Shown here: positions 9,761 through 23,236 of the stretch, one piece after another
Layout: every line of letters starts with the position of its first letter
Numbering within the stretch: position 1 is the stretch's first letter
DNA from: Verrucomicrobiota bacterium
Lineage (GTDB): Bacteria > Verrucomicrobiota > Verrucomicrobiia > Limisphaerales > JACRJZ01
Assembly (NCBI GenBank): GCA_022711695.1
Contig: JAKLEJ010000001.1
Location: forward strand, 1-43,783
Length of the DNA: 43,783 nt
Direction of reading: 5' to 3'
Program-made: the position numbers and the translations under genes
Notes under the pieces: model-generated
The model's database searches: none
Seen by the model: only the letters and a program-made list of their open reading frames with translations
Told to the model about the DNA's origin: nothing

Positions 9761-10348
9761 ATGAAGAAACCAGCAAAGAGGGTTTCCCGGACGCACACGG
9801 ACGAACTGCAGCTTGCCCGTCTTCGGCTGGCAAGGGCTGAAGGCAGGTTGAAGGCGGCCAAGGCGCAGGCGCGCGAGGCCAAGCGCCGAAGAAAGGAAGC
9901 CAAGCAGGCGGCGCGGCGGGCCAGAAAGCAATTCAGACAGGCCAGGCGGGAGGCGGTGGAGGCCAGAAAGGCCCTGGCCGACCTGGAGAAGACGCCGCCG
10001 CGGTCGGCCCGCCGGCGGACGCCGCGCCCGCGCTCCCCGAAGCGCCCGGCGGCGAGCAAAGCCCGGTCCGAGGCCGGCAAGCCCAAATCGGTTGCGGCGC
10101 CGCGGAGGCAGAGGCCGGGCAAGTCGGCGGCGACCCGCGCGGCCAAAGCCTCGAGGCACGCGCCCAGGCGAAAGACGGCGCGCCCGCCAACCGGTTCCGG
10201 GGCTCCGGGCGGAGAAACGACATCGTCCATTGAGGCCGCCCCGGCGTCGGGATTGCCGGTCGCCCATCTCGCTGATCTGGCCGAAGGCCATCCTGAACTG
10301 CCGGCCCGCTCCCCTGAATCCGGAGGCGTCTCTCCCGAAGAACACTGA
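9761..10348 (+). CDS. Arg/Lys/Ala/Pro-rich low-complexity protein (195 aa), unknown function
   Basis: ATG start 60 nt after the pump stop; its own stop lies 2 nt before the OMF ATG. Third codon positions are mostly G/C, like neighbouring genes. The N-terminal third is a charged helical repeat (AKAQAREAKRRRKEAKQAARRARKQFRQARREAVEARKA). There is no signal peptide. Confidence 0.5.
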   Translation: MKKPAKRVSRTHTDELQLARLRLARAEGRLKAAKAQAREAKRRRKEAKQAARRARKQFRQARREAVEARKALADLEKTPPRSARRRTPRPRSPKRPAASKARSEAGKPKSVAAPRRQRPGKSAATRAAKASRHAPRRKTARPPTGSGAPGGETTSSIEAAPASGLPVAHLADLAEGHPELPARSPESGGVSPEEH

Positions 10349-10350
10349 AC

Positions 10351-11805
10351 ATGAACGCGCACCTGAAGTCACTGCTCTCCGCGCTGGCGGCTGCCACCCT
10401 GGCGGCCGGCTGTGCGGTGGGCCCCAACTACCAGCGGCCGGCGATGGAAACGCCGGCGGCGTTTCGGCCGGCGGCCACGGATTCGCGGGACCTCTCGGGC
10501 GCCAATTCGCTGGCGAATCTGCCGTGGTGGCAGGTTTTGAACGACCCCCAGCTCCACGCTTACGTCGCCGAAGCCTTGACCAACAGTTGGGATATCAAGA
10601 TCGCGGCGGCGCGGGTGCTTCAGGCTGAAGCCGCAGCCCGCGTGACGCGTTCGCAGTTTGCTCCCACCATCGGCGTGGGCGGCGACCTGGTGACCACCCG
10701 CGCCTCGGAGCGCGGCCCTGCCACCATCCCCGCCGGCATGGACCCGCAGGTGGGCTACGGCGATCTCTTCGCTTCGATGGCGGCCTACGAACTGGACCTC
10801 TGGGGCCGGATTCGCCGAGCCAACGAGGCGGCCCGGGCGCAGTTGCTGGCGACAGAGGCCGCGCAACAGACCGTCCGCCAAACCCTGGTGGCGCAGGTCG
10901 CCAGCGCCTATCTCTCGCTCCTGGAATTGGACTACGAGCTGGAGATCGCCGAGCGCACTTACGGAGTTCGGACGAACTCGCTGGGCTTGACCACGGCCCG
11001 CCAGGAGGGGGGCGTGGCCTCGATGCAGGACGTCCATCAGGCGAGGATCCTGGTCAGCACCGCCGAGGCGGCGATTGCCGACACCCATCGCCGCATCGAG
11101 CAACAGGAAAACGAGCTGAACATCCTGCTGGGGCGGAACCCCGGCGCGCCGCAGCGGGGCGAGGGCCTCCTTCGGCAGAAGCTCGATGTGAACGTGCCGC
11201 CGGGATTGCCCTCGGATCTGCTGGAACGCCGCCCGGACCTCCGCGCCACCGAACACCAATTGGTGGCGGCCAACGCCGACGTCGGACAAGCCAAAGCCGC
11301 CTTCTTCCCCAAGGTGACCCTGACCGGCATGTACGGCTATCAGACGGTGGCGCTGTCGGACCTCTTCAGCGGCCCGGCCCGGACTTGGCAGTTCGGGCCG
11401 TCCGTTTCGCTGCCGGTCTTTACGGGGGGCGCGTTGCGGGGGAACCTGGCCCTGGCGCGCGCGCGGTTCGACGAAGCGGTGGCGCAGTATCAGAAGACGG
11501 TGCAGAACGCCTTCCGGGAGGTGTCCGACAGCCTGATCGCCTACCAGCGCACGCGGGAGTATCGGGCGCGCCAGGAGGAGGCCACGCAGGCCAACCGGGA
11601 TGCCACCGCGCTGGCCAACGTGCGCTACGAGGGCGGCGTGACCAGCTACCTGGAAGTGCTCTACAACGAGCAGGAACTCTTCGGGGCGGAACTGGCGCTG
11701 GCCCAGGCCCGCCTGAGCGAGTTGCTGAGCGTCGTCTCGCTCTACCGCTCCCTGGGCGGGGGCTGGCAGGTCTCCGCGCCTGAACTCCAGGCTCGATCCC
11801 AGTAG
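10351..11805 (+). CDS. RND efflux outer-membrane factor lipoprotein (NodT/OprM family)
   Basis: Lipobox LAAGC followed by the NodT signature VGPNYQRP. At 484 aa it has the two-repeat TolC-like layout. Confidence 0.95.
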   Translation: MNAHLKSLLSALAAATLAAGCAVGPNYQRPAMETPAAFRPAATDSRDLSGANSLANLPWWQVLNDPQLHAYVAEALTNSWDIKIAAARVLQAEAAARVTRSQFAPTIGVGGDLVTTRASERGPATIPAGMDPQVGYGDLFASMAAYELDLWGRIRRANEAARAQLLATEAAQQTVRQTLVAQVASAYLSLLELDYELEIAERTYGVRTNSLGLTTARQEGGVASMQDVHQARILVSTAEAAIADTHRRIEQQENELNILLGRNPGAPQRGEGLLRQKLDVNVPPGLPSDLLERRPDLRATEHQLVAANADVGQAKAAFFPKVTLTGMYGYQTVALSDLFSGPARTWQFGPSVSLPVFTGGALRGNLALARARFDEAVAQYQKTVQNAFREVSDSLIAYQRTREYRARQEEATQANRDATALANVRYEGGVTSYLEVLYNEQELFGAELALAQARLSELLSVVSLYRSLGGGWQVSAPELQARSQ

Positions 11806-11917
11806 GCCTGAAACGGCCCTGCGCCATGTCTCCTCCCCTCTGTCACAAACCAACTCGCGGCGCCCGCCGGGCAACGGCTGAAAGCCCGGCCCGCACCGCC
11901 CAACCCCAATCCCTGTT

Positions 11918-12727
11918 ATGAGCAAAAAGGAAGAAACGCGACGCGAAGGGAAGATGAAAACCAAGAAGTACGCGAAGGAATTGCGCAAGCTCCAGGCGGA
12001 GCTGTGCAAGCTCCAGGAATGGATCAAACACAAGGGGTTGCGGGTGATCGTCGTTTTCGAAGGCCGCGACGCCGCCGGCAAGGGCGGCACGATCCGGGCG
12101 CTGACCGAGCGCGTCAGCCCACGCGTCTTTCGCGTCGTGGCCCTGCCGGCGCCCTCCGATCGCGAGAAGACTCAGATGTATTTCCAACGTTACATGGCGC
12201 ACTTTCCGGCGGCGGGCGAGGTCCTGGTCCTGGACCGGAGCTGGTACAACCGCGCCGGGGTGGAATATGTGATGGGCTTTTGCTCCAAGGAGCAACATCG
12301 ACGATTCCTGGAGCTGTGCCCGGAGATCGAGCGATACATCGCGGACAGCGGCATCCAGCTCATCAAGATCTGGCTGGAGGTCAGCGACAAGGAACAAAAG
12401 CGGCGGTTCGAGGCGCGAATGGAGGATCCGCTGCGCCAATGGAAGCTCAGCCCGATGGATCTGCCCTCGCGCAGCAAGTGGTTCGAGTACTCGCGCGCCC
12501 GCGACATGATGCTCAAGGCCACCGACACCAAGTGGGCCCCCTGGCACATCCTGCGCTCCGACGACAAGAAGCGGGCCCGGCTCAACTGCCTGGCGCACAT
12601 CCTCAGCCTGATTCCCTACAAGAAGACGCCCCGCGAAGAGGTCAAGCTGCCCAAGCGCTCGATGAAGGGGGCCTACGACGACCAGGCCGCGCTGAACGGC
12701 CGAAAGTTCATTCCGGAGAAGTACTGA
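11918..12727 (+). CDS. ppk2: polyphosphate kinase 2 (PPK2)
   Basis: Walker-A-like FEGRDAAGKGG, plus DRSWYNRAGVE, KIWLEVSDKEQKRRF and PWHILRSDDKKRARLN. The 269-aa length fits a single-domain PPK2. Confidence 0.93.
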   Translation: MSKKEETRREGKMKTKKYAKELRKLQAELCKLQEWIKHKGLRVIVVFEGRDAAGKGGTIRALTERVSPRVFRVVALPAPSDREKTQMYFQRYMAHFPAAGEVLVLDRSWYNRAGVEYVMGFCSKEQHRRFLELCPEIERYIADSGIQLIKIWLEVSDKEQKRRFEARMEDPLRQWKLSPMDLPSRSKWFEYSRARDMMLKATDTKWAPWHILRSDDKKRARLNCLAHILSLIPYKKTPREEVKLPKRSMKGAYDDQAALNGRKFIPEKY

Positions 12728-13449
12728 TGAGGACGCCCATGCAGCCGCGACCCGCCGGCCCTGGCCCCCGGCTCGACAAAAATCCCGCGCGGCCGGGCGT
12801 TTCGCGCCGGCGATGGGCCGTCCTCCTTCTAGCAGCCCTCGCGCTGACATCGACGGGTTGCGCCACGCGCGATCCCTCGTCCCGGAAGCTCAAGCCGGGC
12901 GAGGGCATCACGCTCTATCGCCAGCTTGTTCACGAGTCGTTGCGCAGCATCGAGACAACGCTCTCGGCGCTGGACCAGGTCGGCGCCTCCACCGATCGAT
13001 GTCCGCCCAGGCTTGTCAGGGCGTTTTCCAGGCAGGTGCAGGAGCTGCAGGCGGAATCCATCCGCGTGCGCTCGCGGAGCCAGGCGATGATGGCCCGTGG
13101 AGAAGCCTATTTCCAGCACTGGCATGAGAACCTGGCGACGGTGAAGGATCCGGGGCTCCGCGAGCGGGCGGAACAACACCGGCCCCAGCTCCAGGAGTGC
13201 TTTGGCAAGGTCAAGCTGGGTTCGCAGAAGGCCGGGGAGATCTTCCGGCCCTTCCTTGGGAGCTTGCGCAAGCTGCAGAACCTCCTGGAGAACGACGCCG
13301 GCAGCCTCGCCCTGGAATCCACCCGCGATTCGATCCGCGGCACAAAAGAACAGGGAATCCAGCTCCAGCGTGCCTTGACGGATATCCGGGGCGAACTGGA
13401 CGCCATGACCGCGATGCTGAAGCCTGCAAGGAAATCCGCCACCCATTAA
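12727..13449 (+). CDS. hypothetical helical lipoprotein
   Basis: The ATG overlaps the PPK2 stop (TGATG); an alternative ATG lies at 12739. Lipobox LTSTGC. The remainder is predicted helical and rich in Q/E/R/L. Confidence 0.6.
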   Translation: MRTPMQPRPAGPGPRLDKNPARPGVSRRRWAVLLLAALALTSTGCATRDPSSRKLKPGEGITLYRQLVHESLRSIETTLSALDQVGASTDRCPPRLVRAFSRQVQELQAESIRVRSRSQAMMARGEAYFQHWHENLATVKDPGLRERAEQHRPQLQECFGKVKLGSQKAGEIFRPFLGSLRKLQNLLENDAGSLALESTRDSIRGTKEQGIQLQRALTDIRGELDAMTAMLKPARKSATH

Positions 13450-13450
13450 T

Positions 13451-13957
13451 ATGAAAGGCATCTCGACGAAAGTTCTGGTCCTCGCGGCCCTGGGTCTGCT
13501 CATCGAGCCAGCCGTGTGGAACCCTTCCCAACTGGGAGCCCAGCCGCCCTGGCCGTTCCCCGTGCAGGTCACGCCGGATTCCCAGCGCAACGCGCTGAAC
13601 AATGTCCGGTCGCAATCCAGTTGGCTGCAGAACGCCACCCGCACCGCGCCCAATTACCTGACGGGGGCTTACGAGATGGTCTGGCAGCAGTTTCAGATGC
13701 TCCGCGACGCCTACCAGGGTTTTAAGGCGACACTGTCTCCGCGCCAGCTCGACGCCGGAGCCAACGAACTCGCCGAGCTGGAGGCGGGCCTGGACATCCT
13801 TGCGGAATCGTTCGGCAATTTTCAGCAGGATCTGGCGACCGGCCAGTCCGGCGCGCGCGCGTTTCGGAACATGTGCCAGGTGCTGGGTCGGGCCACAGCC
13901 ATCTGGACGCAGGAGCTGAACCGGGTGAGCGTTCGGGTGCGAGTCGGTTGGCCATGA
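13451..13957 (+). CDS. secreted hypothetical protein (168 aa)
   Basis: ATG 1 nt after the previous stop. Signal-like N-terminus MKGISTKVLVLAALGLLIEPA. The stop overlaps the SulP start (ATGA at 13954-13957). Confidence 0.55.
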   Translation: MKGISTKVLVLAALGLLIEPAVWNPSQLGAQPPWPFPVQVTPDSQRNALNNVRSQSSWLQNATRTAPNYLTGAYEMVWQQFQMLRDAYQGFKATLSPRQLDAGANELAELEAGLDILAESFGNFQQDLATGQSGARAFRNMCQVLGRATAIWTQELNRVSVRVRVGWP

Positions 13958-15672
13958 AATCAGCCGCGCCCACCGCTGCGGGAGGGCGCAGTCTGCCCAC
14001 CCGCTGGATGCCAGTCCTGGCATGGTTGCGCGCCTACCAGCCCGCGTGGTTCAAGGAAGATCTGGTGGCGGGTGTCACCCTGGCTGCTTACCTGCTGCCT
14101 GCCGGCATCGCGGATGCCTCGCTGGCCAACCTGCCGCCGGAGGCGGGACTCTATGCCTGTCTTTTCGCGGGGCTGGTCTTCTGGCTGTTCTGCAGCTCGC
14201 GGCACACCGCCATCACGGTCACCTCGGCGATTTCGCTGCTGGTTGGAGCTTCGGTGGGCGAGATGGCGGGGGGTGACGCCACCCGTTTCGGCGCGTTGGC
14301 TGCGGGCACGGCGCTGCTGGTGGCGTTGATCGCGTTTGTCGCCTGGTTGGCCAAAGCGGGCTCGATCGTCAATTTCATCTCCGAGAGCGTGATGGTCGGA
14401 TTCAAGTGCGGGGTGGCGCTGTTCCTGGCCAGCACCCAGTTGCCCAAGCTGTTCGGCTTCAAGGGCGGCCACGGCAGCTTCTGGGAGCGCGCCGGCCATT
14501 TCTTCTCGCACCTCGACGAAACGAACGTCGCGTCCCTGATCCTCGGCCTCCTCGCGCTGGCGCTGCTGGTCCTGGGCAAGGTGTTTCTCAAGAACCGGCC
14601 CGTGGCGCTGTTCGTCGTCATTGGCAGCATTGTTGCAGCCGTGGTGACCGGGCTGGAGGCGCGCGGCGTGAAGCTCTTGGGGGAGGTCCCGCAGGGGTTG
14701 CCGGCGCTCGGTCTTCCCGCAATTCGATGGACCGACCTGAACGACTTGTTGCCCCTGGCCGTGGCGTGCTTCCTCCTTGGCGCGGTGGAAACGGCGGCCA
14801 TCGGCCGCATGTTCTCCGCCAAGCATGGCGGCCGGCTGGATGCCAACCAGGAGTTCCTGGCCCTGGCCGCCGCCAACCTCGCCGCGGCGCTGGGGCGGGG
14901 CTTTCCGGTCAGCGGAGGCATGTCGCAATCCCTCGTCAACGAAAGCGGCGGCGCGCGCACTCCTCTCTCCGGGTTTTTCGCGGCGCTGGTCATGCTGGCG
15001 GTGATCCTCTTTCTTTCCGGGCTGCTTCGATATCTGCCGCAACCGGTGCTCGCCGCCATCGTGCTGGTGGCCGTCACCGGCTTGTTCAAAGTCTCCGCGC
15101 TCCAGCATCTGCGCCGGACCAACAAGACCGAGTACGTCGTGGCCGCCGCCGCGCTGCTCGGGGTCTTGTGTTCGGGCTTGCTCAAGGGGGTGATGATCGG
15201 AGCGATCATCTCCCTGGTGCTGCTGATCCGCCGCGCCTCCCGGCCGCACGTCGCCTTTCTGGGGCGCATCGCCGGCACGCGCCGCTTCTCCGACCGCGAG
15301 CGGCATCCGGACAACGAGCTGATCCCCGGCGTGCTGATCTTCCGGCCCGAGTCGGGCCTCCTCTACTTCAACATGGATCACGTGCGGGACACGATCGCGG
15401 AGCGGGTCCGCCTCGAAACCAGGCCGCCAGCGCTGGTTCTGCTGGACCTTTCCGCCGCGCCCTACGTGGATATGCATGCCGCCCACATGCTCGCCGAACT
15501 TGCCGGCGAACTTGCGCCCGCCAGAATCCGCCTTCAGGCGGTCGAGGCCAGATCCTCCGTGCGCGACCGCCTGCGCAGCGAGGGCGTTGAGGAGAAACTC
15601 GGCGGGATCAATCGCTTCACCTCGGTGGCCGACGCGGTGGAGTCGTTCCAGCGGGGCGACACGGGGAGCTGA
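13954..15672 (+). CDS. SulP-family anion transporter with C-terminal STAS domain
   Basis: N-terminal strings YQPAWFKEDLVAGVTLAAYLLPAGIADASLANLPPEAGLY. It has a multi-TM core and a C-terminal STAS-like segment (VLIFRPESGLLYFNMDHV ... LVLLDLSAAPYVDMHAAHML). Confidence 0.9.
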   Translation: MKSAAPTAAGGRSLPTRWMPVLAWLRAYQPAWFKEDLVAGVTLAAYLLPAGIADASLANLPPEAGLYACLFAGLVFWLFCSSRHTAITVTSAISLLVGASVGEMAGGDATRFGALAAGTALLVALIAFVAWLAKAGSIVNFISESVMVGFKCGVALFLASTQLPKLFGFKGGHGSFWERAGHFFSHLDETNVASLILGLLALALLVLGKVFLKNRPVALFVVIGSIVAAVVTGLEARGVKLLGEVPQGLPALGLPAIRWTDLNDLLPLAVACFLLGAVETAAIGRMFSAKHGGRLDANQEFLALAAANLAAALGRGFPVSGGMSQSLVNESGGARTPLSGFFAALVMLAVILFLSGLLRYLPQPVLAAIVLVAVTGLFKVSALQHLRRTNKTEYVVAAAALLGVLCSGLLKGVMIGAIISLVLLIRRASRPHVAFLGRIAGTRRFSDRERHPDNELIPGVLIFRPESGLLYFNMDHVRDTIAERVRLETRPPALVLLDLSAAPYVDMHAAHMLAELAGELAPARIRLQAVEARSSVRDRLRSEGVEEKLGGINRFTSVADAVESFQRGDTGS

Positions 15673-15734
15673 GGCATGCACCATCGGCTGAACATCCCGA
15701 CCGGCGGCCTGCCCGGACTGAACGGCGGCGACAC

Positions 15735-16570
15735 ATGATCGTCTCGGCCCGACAGTTCGACCGCGCGCGCCGCCTGGCGTTGAGCCTGGCTGGGATCGAG
15801 TTGTTGGACCGGCACCACGAACTCCTCGACCGCCGGAGCCGACGGATGGGCATCGTGGATGCCGCCGGATTCGATGAGCTGCTCGGCGCGGCTGAGGAAG
15901 GGAGCGCCGTCGCGGTTCAGCGCATCATTGGGCTGTTCACAACCAAGCACACCGGGTTCTTCCGCACCCCCCGCCACTTCGAGATCGCGGCGATGCGCGC
16001 CTTGTCGGCCGCGCGCGAAGGCCGCCAAGCGCGGTTTTGGTCGGCGGCGGCGGCCACCGGTGAGGAGCCCTACTCGCTCGCCATGGCGCTGGTCGAAGCC
16101 TTCGGTTCCGAGGATCCGCCCGCAACCATTCTGGCCACGGACATCGACGTCGAGGCCCTGGCTTGCGCCCAGCGGGGCGAATACGGCGAGGCATCCCTAA
16201 AGGCCCTGGCCCCGGCCCGCCGGGAACGTTTCTTGCGGCAGACCGACGATGGCCGGCGTTGGCGCATCGATTGCGCCCCGCGCCGGTTGGTTGAGTTTTG
16301 CGCCGTGAACCTCGCCGGGGCTGTGTGGGCGGTGGAGGGGCCGTTCGACGTCATCTTTTGCCGGAACGCGCTCATGTATCTGGAGGCCAGCCGCCGCCAG
16401 GCGGCCTTGGAGCGCATGGCTTCCCTCCTGGCGCCGGACGGCTTGCTCATCCTGGATCCGGCCGAGCATGTTGGCGGCGCAGGGGGGCTCTTTTGCCTGG
16501 AGCCCGACGGGCTTTACACGCTCCGGAGAGAGCGGCGTCCCGAAGCCTTCTCGTTGACTGGGAGTTGCTC

Positions 16571-16574
<4 letters not shown>
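15735..16574 (+). CDS. cheR: CheR-type protein-glutamate O-methyltransferase
   Basis: Strings FTTKHTGFFR, SAM-binding FWSAAAATGEEPYSLAMAL, ILATDIDVEALACAQRGEY and IFCRNALMYL. The stop overlaps the kinase start (ATGA at 16571-16574). Confidence 0.85.
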
Positions 16575-20634
<4,060 letters not shown>

Positions 20635-20638
<4 letters not shown>

Positions 20639-21813
20639 AGAAGTTGTCCGAATGCCGGGTGCTGCTGGTGGACGATGCCAAGGCCAATCTCGACATCCTG
20701 GTCGAGGGCCTGAAGGCGGACCACAAGCTGAGCCTGGCGCTGAACGGCGAGACGGCGCTGCAGATCGCCGCGCGCACGCCGCCGGACCTGGTGCTGCTCG
20801 ACATCGTCATGCCCGGGCTCGACGGCTATGAGGTGTGCCGCCGCCTGCGCCGGATGCCGGAGACCGCCGAAACGCCGATCATGTTCCTCTCCTCGCTCGA
20901 GGAGGTGCAGAACAAGACGCGCGGCTTCGAAGCCGGCGCCAACGATTACCTGACCAAGCCCTTCGATATGCTCGAGGTCAAGGCCCGCGTGCGTTCCCTG
21001 CTCAAGGCCAAGGCCTACAGCGATGCCGTCAAGGAACAGATGGCCAGCGAGCTTCGCGTGGCCCGCGAAATCCAGATGGGCATGCTGCCGCACGGATTCT
21101 CAGAGGCGCAGGCAGCCTACGGCGTGGAACTGAGCGCGGTGCTGGAGCCGGCCCGGGAGGTGGGCGGCGACCTCTATGGGGTGTGCCCGGCCGGGCCGGA
21201 GCGCCTCGTGCTCTTTCTCGGCGACGTCTCCGGCAAAGGCATCCCGGCCTCCCTGTTCATGGTCCGCGCGGTGAGCCTGGCGCGCCTCCTTTCCCGGCAG
21301 ATCGCCGAGCCCGAACACATCCTGGCGCGCCTGAACGATGAGCTCTCCGCCGACAATCCCTCGGGCATGTTCGTGACGTTCCTTTGCGCGGTGTTCGAGC
21401 CCGGGCGGGAACGGCTCACCCTGGCCAACGCCGGCCATTGCCGCCCGCTGCTGCTGGCCGCAGGCCAATCCCCCCGATGGGCGGTCGAAACCCTTGGAAC
21501 GGCGCTCGGCTTTGAGCCCGGGCTGGAGTTCCAACGAACTGAACTTCCGTTCCGGGCAGGGGACGCCATGGTTTTCTACACGGACGGAGTCACCGAAGCC
21601 TTCAACCCCCAGGCAGAGTGCTATGGGGACCAGCGGTTGCTGGCCGATGCCGGGAGCTTTGCCGGGCAATCCCCGGCCGCGATCAACGCCGGCTTCCTGG
21701 CGAAAGTCCGGGCGTTTGCGAACGGCGCGCCCCAGTCGGACGACCTCGCCCTTCTCGCCCTGAGGGCGGGAGCCCCTGCCCCGTCCGGACCGGGAAAGGG
21801 GAGAGAGCCATGA
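20635..21813 (+). CDS. response regulator fused to PP2C/SpoIIE phosphatase (RsbU/HsbR-like)
   Basis: The GTG start overlaps the kinase stop (GTGA). REC strings VLLVDD, LVLLDIVMPGLDG and YLTKP. PP2C strings REIQMGMLP, GGDLYG, FLGDVSGKGIPASLFM, FYTDGVTEA and DDLALLAL. Confidence 0.9.
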
Positions 21814-22223
21814 CGCTGGAGCTGCATGCCACTCCCCAGGAAGTGATGCGGGCCGTGGAGGCGCTGCAGCAACTGGGGCGCGAAAGCCGGGCGCCGGAAC
21901 GGGAACTGTTTGGCCTGGCCCTGGCTCTCGAAGAATGCGCCAGCAATGTGGTCAACCATGCCCTGCAGCACGATGCCAGCCGGACCTTCCGCGTTCGCCT
22001 GGAGCGCGCCGCCGACACCTTTCTGATCGAGTTGCGGGACGACGGTCCCGAGTTCGATCCCACGCGGGCTGCCGCGAAGCCGGAGGCAGATGCAGACGCT
22101 CCCGGGGGGTGGGGGATTCGGCTTGTGCGCCGCTACGTGGATGAAATCCGCTATGCCCGCGAGGGCGGCGAGAACATTTTGCGTCTGACCAAGCGAGTCA
22201 GCGCCCCTGCGCAACCCGTTTGA
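21810..22223 (+). CDS. RsbW/SpoIIAB-like serine kinase (anti-sigma-factor-type HATPase)
   Basis: The ATG overlaps the previous stop (ATGA). N-box-like EECASNVVNHA, plus LRDDGPEFDP and GGWGIRLVRRYVDEI. 137 aa. Confidence 0.8.
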   Translation: MTLELHATPQEVMRAVEALQQLGRESRAPERELFGLALALEECASNVVNHALQHDASRTFRVRLERAADTFLIELRDDGPEFDPTRAAAKPEADADAPGGWGIRLVRRYVDEIRYAREGGENILRLTKRVSAPAQPV

Positions 22224-22255
22224 AACCATAACAAACCCAACCCACAACCACACCT

Positions 22256-22642
22256 ATGCCCCTCGAAATCCAAATCCAAAAGAATGTCGCCGCAGGCGAC
22301 GCCGGCGCGGCTACCGTCAAACTCACTGGCAGTCTCGACACCGCCACCGCGCCGGAATTGGAGCGTCAGCTTGCGCCGGTGCTGGCCGGGCCCGGCAAGG
22401 ACATCGTGTTCGACCTGGCTCAACTGAAGTTCATCAGCAGCGCGGGGCTGCGGGTGTTCGCGAACACCCGCAAGGCGCTCAAGGAGCGCGGCGGCCAGGC
22501 TTCCTTCATCAACATGCAGCCGCAGATTCAGGAAGTCTTCGAAATCATCAAGGCCCTGCCGGGGATCCGGGTGTTCAAGGACTTAGCCGAACTGGACCGT
22601 TACCTGGCGGCCCGGCAGCATTCCTACGAGGAGAATCGATGA
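22256..22642 (+). CDS. STAS-domain anti-sigma-factor antagonist (RsbV/SpoIIAA/HsbA-like)
   Basis: Pattern LTGSLDTATAPELERQL ... DLAQLKFISSAGLRVF, with the conserved phosphorylatable Ser in the ISSAGL context. 128 aa. Confidence 0.85.
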   Translation: MPLEIQIQKNVAAGDAGAATVKLTGSLDTATAPELERQLAPVLAGPGKDIVFDLAQLKFISSAGLRVFANTRKALKERGGQASFINMQPQIQEVFEIIKALPGIRVFKDLAELDRYLAARQHSYEENR

Positions 22643-22693
22643 AGGGCGCCCATTCCATCTCTTCCCGCCTCACAACCCAATAACACCACGATC

Positions 22694-23185
22694 ATGAAAT
22701 TCCAATTCCATTGCCTTCGAACGTTCCTGCTCTCCTGCGTTTGGGCGGCAGCCGGCCTGATCCTCGCTCTAGGAGGTCCGGGTTGTCGCTCGGTCAGCGG
22801 CCCCGGCTCGGCCAGCTTTGCCTCGGTCACCATCGCCAACCATCCGGCGGAGGAGATCGCCAAAGTCACCATGCAGGTGTTCGGGGCCGAGGGCTACCAG
22901 GGCGGGCCCACCGGGCCCGGAGAGATGACGTTTCAGCGGGAGGCCTCCCGCGCCACCACGATGTCTCGCGAAGGCCTCGTCAACACCCACTACGGCGCGC
23001 AATCGATGATCCGGGTGCGCACCGAGATCGTCGAGCTGAGCGGCGGGACCTTCCGTTTGCAGTGCAAGGCCTTCGTCATCACGGGCGGCAGCGATCCCTT
23101 CTTCCAGGAGGAAGTCCCCCTTAGCAACCTGCGCAGCGGCCCCTTCCAATCGATCTTGAACAAAGTGGCCAAGCAATTGAAGTGA
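22694..23185 (+). CDS. hypothetical lipoprotein/secreted protein (163 aa)
   Basis: Signal/lipobox-like N-terminus LILALGGPGC. Normal protein composition. No family recognised. Confidence 0.55.
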   Translation: MKFQFHCLRTFLLSCVWAAAGLILALGGPGCRSVSGPGSASFASVTIANHPAEEIAKVTMQVFGAEGYQGGPTGPGEMTFQREASRATTMSREGLVNTHYGAQSMIRVRTEIVELSGGTFRLQCKAFVITGGSDPFFQEEVPLSNLRSGPFQSILNKVAKQLK

Positions 23186-23236
23186 CTCCGCCGCGATAAG
23201 TCGTGTCTCCACTCCAAACAATCGACTCTCGAGAGC

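Noticed and set aside
6623-10372. A 1,249-aa minus-strand ORF covering the RND pump, the basic ORF and the start of the OMF gene.
   Set aside because: This is the same codon-aligned antisense shadow effect. The translation is R/G/H/A/P-rich and runs across three independent plus-strand genes with strong family signatures.
10369-12090. A 573-aa minus-strand ORF opposite the outer-membrane factor gene and running into ppk2.
   Set aside because: It is a codon-aligned antisense shadow of the NodT-family gene, with a low-complexity R/G/P-rich product.
13960-15684. A 574-aa minus-strand ORF opposite the SulP gene.
   Set aside because: It is a codon-aligned antisense shadow. The plus-strand product has a clear SulP/STAS pattern and the minus-strand product does not look like a protein.
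16298-16570. Long N-terminal extensions in the ORF track, where ORFs begin far upstream of a sensible start. Examples are 16298 for the kinase, 1086 for the SHOCT lipoprotein, 3878 for the 302-aa lipoprotein, 12004, 13873, 21618, 26109 and 28661.
   Set aside because: Each extension overlaps the preceding well-supported gene out of frame and encodes R/G/P-rich sequence. In every case an internal ATG sits at or overlapping the preceding stop codon and yields a proper N-terminus (a signal peptide or a family-typical start).
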